NCBI GenBank assembly: GCA_965205945.1
Contig: CBDBIB010000003.1
Span: 512,394 to 576,393, forward strand
Source: Bdellovibrionales bacterium
GTDB taxonomy: Bacteria > Bdellovibrionota > Bdellovibrionia > Bdellovibrionales > UBA1609
Reading direction: 5' to 3'
DNA length: 64,000 nt
The notes under the pieces are model-generated. The model saw only the letters and a program-made list of their open reading frames with translations, had not been told where the DNA came from and made no database searches. The position numbers were made by a program, and so were the translations under genes. Shown here in pieces: positions 22,401-31,900 of this stretch. Each line of letters begins with the position of its first letter. The first letter of the stretch is position 1.

Positions 22401-23025
22401 TGAGGTTAATTTATCAGCAATTGATGAGTTTGATGCTATTCAAACAAGGTATGATTTTTTAAATGAACAACAATCAGATTTGTTAACGGCTAAGAATCAA
22501 TTAGAAAAAGTCATTTCTAGAATCGATAGAATTTGCTCTAAGAGATTTGATGATGCTTTTAATGCTGTGAATGAAAGATTTAAAAAAGTTTTTCCTGTGT
22601 TATTCGGTGGTGGAGAGGCTCAACTGATCTTGGTTGAAAAAGAAGATAATGATCAAGAACCAGGGATTGATATTGAAGCAAAACCTCCAGGCAAGAAGAC
22701 TCAAAACATTTTACTTCTTTCTGGTGGAGAAAAAGCGCTTACTGCAGTGTCACTCATCTTCTCAATTTTTTTGGTAAAGCCATCCCCGTACTGTTTACTT
22801 GATGAGGTTGATGCGCCTTTAGATGATGTTAATGTTTTTAGATTCAACGACTTGGTAAAAGAAATGGCTAAACAATCACAAATCATTTTAGTAACACACA
22901 ATAAAAATACTATGTCTGTGAACAATAAACTTTATGGTGTAACTCAAGAGGAAAAAGGTGTGTCTAAAATGGTTTCAGTAGATCTAGAGGGTAATTTTTT
23001 ACAAGAAGCTATTGCAACTGTGTAG
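19465..23025 (+). CDS. smc: Chromosome segregation protein SMC
   Basis: GFKSF, Walker A GPNGCGKSN, long coiled coils with a central hinge, signature LSGGE and Walker B LLDEVD. Confidence 0.96.
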   Translation: MRIKKLELQGFKSFKDRTLITFDEGITGIVGPNGCGKSNIVDALVWVMGEMSAKHLRGAVMEDVIFAGSQDYAPTGMAEVSLILENNGGSFPVKYLNFSEIMVTRRLYRGGESEYFINKEVSRLKDIQEIFMDTGAGAKGFSIIEQGQIGKIIVSKPFEKRSLIEEVAGITKFKARKKESERKLKATDQNLLRLADIIRELKRQLDSLQRQAQKAESYKKLKDELREKELWLAACQVSDGQENFADVHLKVKELTDKQSFFQTKVHKFQSDIEVERVNSIKKEKELETEQIKFKALSEKVLASENQVRELSFEIEQTRRSTQIKGSVYEQNQARLKIVQNEKNELKDKYANIKGEFKVIDEQYLTLDKQFQTHQFKINEREDILTKSRKVEFKLHQEISHLQATLEGLKERISLFNETLVSKSEIKQEVESRNEEFLKSFNKLTKDYEKEKQMKLEIFKDTESLTKNLNILKGQHENLIEKRNKESQEFSMVHSKLESLNELEEQFEGYQEGLRTLFLAEKDGVIARPGTPLSDLINAPEGYEQAIEACLAGGFQGLFGADSIEALTDIVKYLNSDNKGRVQFFVNELLHTRGNLSGVKNLSDYATTGLKGVKKILSCIYLVEDKILAKQILKNHQGFCITKSGEMLSSLGQYFSGKTGGGVGLLQRKKNIQDLTKEVTQRQATLKTLEKELLKNKKQLDQALKELEEIKFKDNEQELKVFELRKDLERAEYEKTKAQSEVKKITLLVMETKEKLQKAIQTQENQLFLIRDLEVKKTEQESLSLKAKEELEELKTNYFDLQTEVTGKKIKHVSYKSKIEFLEQRLKSLTLNEENFLSDIQNLEKESEESLSVISKHSSNLEVKKNQLEQNIKLRVELESTLSKTKNEYELLTATQRKLGQKVTECTLEKSKIDSKLLELQVKSEQIKLGLQAIVDQMFDRYNVDLTEKASEYILVYTKDQCDEVKKGIVGLKNKVSDIGEVNLSAIDEFDAIQTRYDFLNEQQSDLLTAKNQLEKVISRIDRICSKRFDDAFNAVNERFKKVFPVLFGGGEAQLILVEKEDNDQEPGIDIEAKPPGKKTQNILLLSGGEKALTAVSLIFSIFLVKPSPYCLLDEVDAPLDDVNVFRFNDLVKEMAKQSQIILVTHNKNTMSVNNKLYGVTQEEKGVSKMVSVDLEGNFLQEAIATV

Positions 23026-23195
23026 ATGCTAAAGATAGAAGCTAGACTTCTCTAACATAACTGTGCATTTTTCCACCATGTAAATTTAAAGCTTTCATAC
23101 CTATTCCTATAAAATTAAAGCTAAAAAATAATTTAGTTTTCTCTAGCCTTTTAAAGTTTCCATTTAAAAAATACAATCGTAAGCGCCCTAAAACC

Positions 23196-24689
23196 CTGAC
23201 TTTTACCCACAAATAGGTCTAGGTTTTATAATTTTAAAATCAAAATAATATTAAACTCCAAATTGATTTTAAGAATTGGAGTTTTTGTGAATATTAAAAA
23301 TGAATTTAAAAATGCTCAACTTGGTGATAAACGACTTAACCACAGACTTGAATACCTTGCTGAGGCTTTGAGTAAAAATAATGGTGAGTCTATCTCTTTT
23401 TCATGCCAAGATTGGAAATCTTCTAAGGCGGCTTATAGATTCTTTGATAATGACAACTTTCAGGCTGAAGAAATTCTCAAACCTCACATAAAACAAACGC
23501 TCAACAGAATGAATGCTCTAGATGAAAATGATATGTCTTTAATTTTACATGACTTAAGTGAAATAACTTTCTCAAAAAATAAAGTCTTTTAAGGCAACGC
23601 AGGATACTTAGGGTCCTACATAGATCATCGAAATGGTAAAGAGTACGATACACCAGGTTTAATGATACATTCATCTCTTGCTCTATTAAGTAAAACGGGA
23701 GTTCCTTTAGGTTTAGTGAATCAAAAAATGTGGTCTCGTGATTCTAAAAACAGAAGAAAAATAAGAAAAGCTGGAAAGAACTTTACCAGAGTCCCTGTTC
23801 AAGAAAAAGAAAGTTTTAGTTGGATTGAGGGGGTGAACTTAGTTGTTGCTGAATTTCAAGCTGAAAAGCAAGCGCACATTTGTGACCGAGGTGCGGGGAT
23901 ATGTATGAGTTATTTTTTAATTGTATTAGTTTTGGTACAAACTTTTTAATTCGTGGAGTTCATGATAGGTGTACATCAAGGAAGAAAATAAAGATTTATG
24001 ATAATATCCCGAAAACAGCTCCTGTAGGCAGTTACAATCTCAATCTGCCTAAGACTCATAAAAGAGAGGCAAGAACTGCGAAAGTAAAGATTCGCTTCTA
24101 TAAAGTTACAGTCCTGCCTTCTCCACATAGGAGTAAAGATTATCCCCCCGTTGAGGTCTATGTTGTATCTGCAAAAGAAGATGGCCCTAAGCGAGAGGAT
24201 CAAGTTGATTAGAAACTCTTAACAAATATCCCAATAACAAATTTTGAAGAGGCTATAGAGAAAGTGAACTGGTATAAACTTCGTTGGAATATAAAAGTGT
24301 ATTTTAAGACGTTAAAATCAGGTTTTAGTGTAGAGAAAAGTCGTTTAAGGAGTTTAGAGAGGATCAAAAAGTATGTAGCGTTTAGGAGTGTTTTAGCTTG
24401 GCGAATATTTTGGATTTCAAGGATTTCTAGAGTTGATTGCGAAGTAAATGCAGATCACTGTTTTACAAAAGAGGAACAAGTTTTGTTATCAAAATTAGAA
24501 GAGCAGTCAGGCAGGTTATTAGGAGCAAATGATAGCTTGGCAAAATTTGTAAAATCGTTTGCAAGACTAGGAGGTTATTTAGAAAGGAACTCTGACCCAC
24601 CTCCAGGCCAACAAGTTCTGTGGAGGGCGATGATAAAATTTAATGATATTAAAACAGGTAATAACTTATGATTTGTGGGTAAAAGTCAG
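23196..24689 (+). mobile_element. IS4-family (IS50/Tn5 subgroup) insertion sequence
   Basis: Perfect 19-bp terminal inverted repeats CTGACTTTTACCCACAAAT (23196-23214 and 24671-24689). Flanking 9-mers CCTAAAACC (23187-95) and CCTAAAACA (24690-98) form a target-site duplication with one mismatch. Confidence 0.92.
23263..24671 (+). pseudogene. IS50-like DDE transposase pseudogene
   Basis: LGDKRL..R, KAAYRFFDN, ICDRGA, Y..RW.I and ARLGGYL.R.SDPPPG motifs. Broken by in-frame TAA (23590-92), a frameshift near 23895-23903 and TAG (24210-12, where W is expected). The catalytic Glu of YxxRWxIE reads K. Confidence 0.9.
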
Positions 24690-24760
24690 CCTAAAACAGA
24701 CCCCCTATGAATTCTTATGTAGAAAGTTTATAAGGGGCCTCCTTAAACAGAAGGCGTGTA

Positions 24761-25054
24761 ATGTTAAAAAAGAACTTAGCTACAACAAAAAAAGATCAAT
24801 TTTGGATAGGTCATGTTAAAAAAGCACAAGCCTTTAAAGGCAGCAATCTAGAGTACTGTAAATTAAATAATCTTAAAGCCTCAACCTTTAGGGGTTATAA
24901 AAAGAAATTTGGTGTTGTTAAAAAATTAAAACCCAGAAGAAAACTAAGCCCCTCTTCTTTTAAAAAAATTGAAGTGACCCCCTCAGGGTCTTTAACTTTA
25001 GATCCAAAGTCCCCAGAATGGCTTGCAAAGTTTTTAAAGGAGTTTTTAAATTAA
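24761..25054 (+). CDS. tnpA: IS66 accessory protein TnpA-like (HTH)
   Basis: FW..HV......GS..EYC..N.L..STF.GY pattern, located directly before a tnpB relic. Confidence 0.7.
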   Translation: MLKKNLATTKKDQFWIGHVKKAQAFKGSNLEYCKLNNLKASTFRGYKKKFGVVKKLKPRRKLSPSSFKKIEVTPSGSLTLDPKSPEWLAKFLKEFLN

Positions 25055-25068
25055 GAGCTTTATCTTCT

Positions 25069-25288
25069 TTTTCTAAAATTTACGTTTATTTTGAATTTGT
25101 GGACATGAGAAAGTCCATAAATGGATTAAGTATTTTAGCACAACTTAAAGGAAACGCTAACTGGAAGCATGAGCAGTTTTTTGTTTTTTTAAAATAAAAA
25201 AAGAAGGCTTATGAAAATTCTTTACTATGATAAAACAGGTTTTGCTCTGTGGACTAAACGCCTTGAAGAAGATAAGTTGCCTTGGTAA
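25069..25288 (+). pseudogene. tnpB: IS66 TnpB pseudogene
   Basis: IYVYFEFVDMRKSINGL, then a frameshift in the T/A run near 25185-25200, then KRRLMKILYYDKTGFALWTKRLEEDKLPW*. Confidence 0.8.
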
Positions 25289-25466
25289 TGACAGGAAGTC
25301 CACTTCTAATGTCACTAATATAAGATCTATGTTTTATAAGAGCCTGTAAAAAAAATTATTTAACCTGGGTGTGCACTAAAGTAAAAACTGCTCTACTACT
25401 TTCCTAATAACTATACTCAATCCTTTTAAAGCTTGCCTTAAATTACTCCTCTTTCATAACATAATA

Positions 25467-25660
25467 ACCCGAGTTTAGATTTTTTAAATCTGGTTTAACA
25501 TTCTATTTTCATGGCAGGTATTAACGGTTTAAAAGGACAGAGACAATACCCAGTTAATGCTGATAAAAAGTTCACTATAAAGTTTTTTAAGGCTCCGGTG
25601 TCTGGGGTGTTCAATGTGAAACTCTTTCTTTAAAATTCCAAAAACAGTCTCAACAATAGT
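25467..25660 (-). pseudogene. IS982-family transposase 3' fragment with right end
   Basis: The minus strand reads IVETVFGILKKEFHIEHPRHRS. 30 bp (25629-25658) are identical in reverse complement to 32379-32408. It ends in an ACCC-type terminus. Confidence 0.75.
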
Positions 25661-25923
25661 TATTCAAGACTTAGGTCCTTAGAAAAGTCCCAACTCAGGT
25701 TAATAAAACGCCATAAAGCCTCTCAGTATGGGTAATGATAAGTCAACTAGCTTAAAAACCATAACTATGACACCAAACTTTTGAACTCAAGGTAGTCCAT
25801 TTCCATGTCATTAATAATGAATCAATTCGGACCAAAGACTAGAGTGCTGATGTAGGAGTACATTTTTTTTTAAAAAAACCGATCTAGTTTTTACAATACT
25901 AAATAAAAAGGGTGAAAAATTAT

Positions 25924-28900
25924 ATGAAAAACTTATTTTTGTTTCTATGGGCAGTTGTGATTTTTAATCTTACTGGTTGTGGTGGTGGTGAAAAAACCGC
26001 TACTGCTGATAAGCCAGCCATGGTAGGTCAAATTTTAAGTGTTAAAGACTCACCTGTTGCAACAAAAGCTAATGCCTCATCATATGAGGTAAGTGGTTCC
26101 TGTGATGAATCTTTAGGGCAGGTTACAATTACAATTGGAACTGGGGTTAAGGTTGTTGAGTCAGCTTCTTGTTTAGCCAATTCATACTCAGCAATCTTAG
26201 ACGTAAGCTCTATAATAACAAGCCCAATGGTGATTGTTGTCAAACAAGGTGATAAAACTGCAAGCCCTGTAACACTACCTGAAAATGATCAAACATCAAT
26301 TCTTAAAGCTCCTGAAATTCCAGATCAAAACATCACTAATGAAGAAGAAATAACTCTGTCAGTACAATGTAGTGAACTTGGAGAATCAGTTACTTTTACA
26401 AATAGCTCTTTAAATCCAAACTCACAAACCTATACTTGTCATGAAACTACAGTACTAGATGTGACACTAACTTTTGCAACAGAACAAGAAACTTCAAACT
26501 CCAATCTTGTTATAGTAAGTTCTGTAGATGTAAATGAAAACCCAACAACTAACAATACTGAATTTAATTTACCAATAGATCATGTGGCACCAGTAGTGAG
26601 TATTCAAGCAGGTTCAGACATACTCCAAGGTAGTGAGGCAAGTTTTACAGTAACAGTGACTGATGGAAATTCTTTTGTGCCTTTTAAACCTATGCCTAGT
26701 TCAGGAACAGTAAATTCTGGTGACTGTTCCTTAAGCTCATGTCAGGTGACTGTGACAGGAGCAACCCCAGGCACACTAACTTTAACAGTAGACATAGCTA
26801 GGGTAGAAGATGTTGCCGGAAATTCTAATTTATTACCGTCCTCTGGAAACCTAATGGTTAATTCTTCTAGTTTAACTTTGAATAACCTACCTATTGTAAC
26901 ACAGGCTAATGCTTCATCATATGATATAAGTGGTTTTTGTGATGATTCTGCTGGAGAAGTTACAGTTTCTATTTCTAGCCCTGAAAGTTCAAGATCAGCC
27001 ATGTGTTCAAATGGTTCATACTCAATAGATTTTAACGCAAGCTTTGTGGAATCAGACTCTATGACTGTTAAAGCAAGACAAAATAATGTTACTAAAACAT
27101 CATCAGTAAAAAATGATCAAACTGGTCCAGAAAGTGCTCCAACTGCAACCTCTCCAGGAGGGTATATTGGTGGAAATTTAAATTATAATCTTTTAATTTC
27201 TTGTAATGAGCCTAAAGAAATTGTAAGTATTCGTGGCTTAGGTATTGACCCAAGTCCACAAACTCATACTTGCACTGGTGCTCAAGAAGAAGGGTTCTCT
27301 TTAACATTAACAAATTCATATGAAACCTCTAACCTAAATAATTTAACAATTTCATCAACTGATGAGTATCTTAATCCATCAAGAGCAACAACAACGGTAA
27401 ATGTTCCAGTTGATACTAAAGGACCAGAGGTTGAGGTTTCAAATAATGAAAATATAGTTCAAGGTCAACGAGCAGAATTTAGTATTGCAGTTACTGATTT
27501 AAATATCTCAACATTAAGCTATACTGTAAACACTTCTGGTGTAGAGTCTCTTTCTTATAATTGCAATACAAATCCATGTTTAATAACAACAGGGGTAATT
27601 CAATCAGCAGGTGAACTAACTTTAAGTGTAGAAGCTAATGCTGTAACAGATGATGTTGGCAACATGGGCGACAGTGTTTTAAAATCCAGTACTCTTACAG
27701 TAGCTGAAGCCGGGACTTTGAGTTTTAATAATCCACTTTCAACAATTAACAGTCAAAACGCCAGTACTTACCTTGTTAGTGGATCTTGTGATGATTCTTT
27801 AGGAGACGTTACAGTTAGTGTAAATGACGTAGACACACCGTTTGTATGTAATTCACCAGGGCAATTTGAGGGTAGAATTGACTTAAGTAGTCTAAGTGTA
27901 AGTCCAGTAGAACTAACTCTAACCCAAGGTGTAAAAACAGTTCCTGCAAATCCATTTCCAGTAAATGATCAAACCCCTATTGCTAATGCCCCAACTGTAG
28001 GGGTGCAAGAGCATAGAAAAGGAACGGAAACCACATTAGATGTAAATTGTAATGAGGCAGGGGAAGTTTTAAGCTTTTCAGGTTTTGGTTTAAACCCCAG
28101 CCCTCAAGAGCATAATTGCTCAAGTCCTTTATCAAACCCTGAAAGTATTAGTTTAAGCTTATCAAGCCCAATTGAAACACAAAATTTAAATAGGATTGAT
28201 TTAAATAGTGAGGATAAAAATGGCAACCCAACAACGACGGCTTCTTTTTTTCATTTACCAATAGATAATGTAGCACCAGTAGTGAGTATTGAGGCAGGTT
28301 CAGATATTATAGTTGGTCAAACAGCTTTATTTACAATAACAGTGGAAGATGGAAATACTTTTGAGTCATTTACACCTATATCTAGTTCAGGAACAGTAAG
28401 TCCTAGTGAGTGTTCATTAAGTACATGTGAAATAAGCGTAACAGGAGCAGGTAAAGGGTTGTTAACTTTAACTGTACCAGCAAATAGAGTGGTGGACATA
28501 GCTGGAAATTCTAATATAGAGCCTGTAAGTGATAGTTTAACTATTAATGAACCTAATCTAACCTTAGATGATCTGCCTGTTATAACACAAGCTAATGCTT
28601 CATCATATAGTATACGTGGTAATTGTGATGCTATAGGTGGAAGGGTTCTAATTCGATATGACACTGCTCATGCATCAACGCCTTGTTTGCAAACTAATAG
28701 GTATGACATAAATGTTACAAATTTGCGTTCTCGTGCTTCCATAAACCCATTAGTTATTACTGTAGAGCAAGGTGGTGCTTCTATTACAAAATCAGTAGAA
28801 AACGATCAAATATCAATTCCTCAAGCACCAACAATTGTTTCTTTAGACCCAACTAATGAATTAAGCGCAAATGTGTCAGTAGAGTGTAATGAAGCTCAAG

Positions 28901-31900
28901 AAGTGGTTACTTTTTCAAATGATGTGTTAAAGCCAAATCCACAAAGATATACTTGTGTTGGAACCACAGCAGTAGATGTAAACTTAACTTTTAAAACAGA
29001 GCAAGAAACTTTAAACCCTAACTTTGTTACAGTAAGTTCTGTAGATAAAAATGAAAATCCAACAACAGATAACACTCAATTTAGTTTGCCAGTAGATCAT
29101 ATAGGACCAAGAGTAGAAATTATGGTAGGTCCAGATATAATTCAAGGTAATGATGGAAGTTTTAGAATAACAGTGGAAGATGAAAATACTTTTATGCCTT
29201 TTACACCTATACCTAGTTCAGGAACAGTAAGCCCTAGTGAGTGTTCATCAAGTCCATGTGAAATAACTGTAACAGGAGCAGATATAGGGTTGTTAACTTT
29301 AACTGTAGGAGCAGGTGACATAGTAGATGCCGCTAAAAACTCAAACACAACAGAGTCAAGTGCTAGCCTAAGAGTAACTGCTTTTAATTTAGCAGTGAAT
29401 GATCTACCCATTGCAACACAAGCTAATGCCTCATCATATGAAGTAAGTGGTCATTGTGACAATGGGCTTGGAGATGTTACAGTTAGAATCAAAGAGCCTG
29501 AAGTTTTAAAATCAGTGAACTGTTTAAATGAGGTGTACTCGGCAAGTTTAGATGTAAGTTCTGTAAGAACAAGCCCAATGGTAGTTGTAGTGGAACAGGG
29601 TGGAAACACTGCTCATCCTGTAACGCCACCAGGAAACGATCAAATATCAATTCCTCAAGCACCAACAATTGATGCTTTAGCACTAACTAATGAAGAAGAA
29701 ATAAGTGTGTCAGTAGAATGTAGTGAAGTTGGAGAAGTGGTTACTTTTTTAAATGATGTATTACATCCAAATCCACAAAAATATACTTGTGTTGGAACCA
29801 CAGCAGTAGATGTAAACTTAACTTTTAAAACAGGGCAAGAAACTTCAAACCCTAACTTTGTTATAGTAAGTTCTGTAGATGTAAATGAAAATCCAACAAC
29901 AAATGACACTCAATTTAATTTGCCAGTAGATCATGTGGCACCAGTAGTGAGTATTGAGGCAGATTCAGATATTATAGTTAATGATACAGCGTCATTTACA
30001 ATAACAGTAGAAGATGGAAATACTTTTGAGTCATTTACACCTATATCTAGTTCAGGAACAGTAAGCCCTAGTGAGTGTTTATCAAGTCCATGTGAAATAA
30101 CTGTAACAGAAATAAATAACGAAAGATTGACTGTAACAATAGGAGCAGGTGACGTAGTAGATGCCGCTGGAAATGCTAATATAGTAGAGTCAAGTGCTAC
30201 TTTGACAATTGCCCCTGATCTTTTGTGTCCAGAAAATTATGTTTCCGTTCCATCATTAGATGGATACACAAGGAATAATTTTTGTATAATGAAGTATGAG
30301 GCAAAAGATGATGGCGAGGGTAATGTTCTTGCTATAGCTAGTGGTACACCTTACATAAATATTAGTCGTGATGATGCAATTACTAAATGCCAGGAATTGG
30401 GCGAAGGTTTTGACCTTATTACCAACGATGAATGGCAAACTGTAGCAAGAAATATTGAGCTTGTAGGAAGTAATTGGAAGAATAGCACTGTAGGAGACCC
30501 AGGGGGATTAAGCACTGGACATTCAGATGGTGCTCCTAATGGTATGTTAGCTGCCAGTATTGATGATAATGAGTCTTGCTTTAGTACAGAGCAGACTTGT
30601 GATGGTGAGACTTGGAACAATCAGAGACGAACACAGACGTTATCTAATGGTCAAGTTATTTGGGATATGGCGGGTAATGCTCGAGAGTGGATAAAAGATG
30701 ACAATACGTCAGATTATATTTTTAGTAGAATTTATGCGTCTCAGGTGACAACGGATACAGACCCGACTCCAAGAAGTTTTAGTATAGATGGAGTTGACGG
30801 AACACCAAGGGTGGCTAAAGATCAGTTTAGTCCTGCTGGAGATTATACAAGTCTAAGCTCAAGCCCTTATGGTGGCTTAGGTCGTTTTGTTCTATCCACA
30901 GGGAAAAAACATATAGTTCGAGGTAGTAAATTTTTATCAAATTCTCCACCCTCACCTGCATATCAAGGACTGTTTACTATAACCACTCTTCCTTTTGGAA
31001 CAGAAAGTAACTTGACGGGATTTCGTTGTGCTTACCATCACACTGAAGGTGGGCCAATGGTGTCTATTGACAGTGAGTCTTTAGAAGATATCAATGCCTC
31101 TAATGCGAAAAACTTTAGAGTAAGTGGAAGCTGTTCAGAAGGAGGTCAACCTGTAAATGTGAGTGTTGGAGGGGTGAGCCCTGTAACAGCTCCTAATTGT
31201 TTTAATGAAGTTTGGGAAACAACTGTAGATGTAACTAGTCTTAATAAGACTTCTGGCACGATTTTAATTACAGCTGATCATGCTTCTTTTGTTGGTGTAA
31301 ATGTTCAAGTTTCAAAGAATGTGACAAATAATTTTATTTGCCCAGAAAACTTTGTGGGGGTTCCATCACTGCAAGGTTATACAACCAATAGTTTTTGTGT
31401 CATGAAATATGAGGCAAAAAATGATGGCGCTAATAATGCTGTTTCCATGGCTAGTGGTTTACCTTATGTAAGTATTAATCGTGATGATGCCATTGCTAAA
31501 TGTCAGGCAATGGGAGCTGACTATGACCTTATGACTAACGATGAGTGGCAAACTTTAGCAAGAAACATTGAACTTGTAGGGGACAATTGGAGGAACAGTA
31601 TTGTAGGAGATGTGGACGGGTTAAGCAAAGGTAACATTAGCTCAGCAACAACAGTGCCAGTGGCGGCAAGTAGCGATGATAATGATTCCTGCTTTGGTCT
31701 TTCGAGACGATCATGTGATAGTAACATTTGGCATGATCAGAGGCGAACACAGACATTATCTAATGGCGAAATTATTTGGGACGTTTCAGGAAATGCTTTT
31801 GAGTGGGTAAAAGACGATAATACTGTTGATTACGGTGTTAAAGCTAATATGTCTCAGGTAACAGGGGACACACACCAGACTTTAGGAAGTCTTAGTGGCG

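Larger units (their letters stand above)
23179..25288 (+). mobile_element. Truncated IS66-family element (left end, tnpA, tnpB relic) interrupted by an IS4/IS50-like element
   Basis: GTAAGCGCCC at 23179 matches the IS66 terminus and resumes after 24689. It is followed by a tnpA-like ORF and a frameshifted tnpB. No tnpC or right end was seen. Confidence 0.7.

Noticed and set aside
23263..24671. Stop-codon reassignment or programmed frameshifting explaining the split transposase
   Set aside because: Both TAA and TAG interrupt it, while both end normal genes here. The catalytic Glu is also mutated, so ordinary decay is the simpler explanation.
26040..30210. CRISPR array or non-coding repeat array
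   Set aside because: The repeats are about 840-bp in-frame coding modules with no repeat-spacer structure, and there are no cas genes in the window.
26028..31727. Numerous 60-115 aa minus-strand ORFs inside the giant gene
   Set aside because: These are antisense shadows of a T/V/S-rich repetitive coding strand, with no RBS or recognisable motifs.
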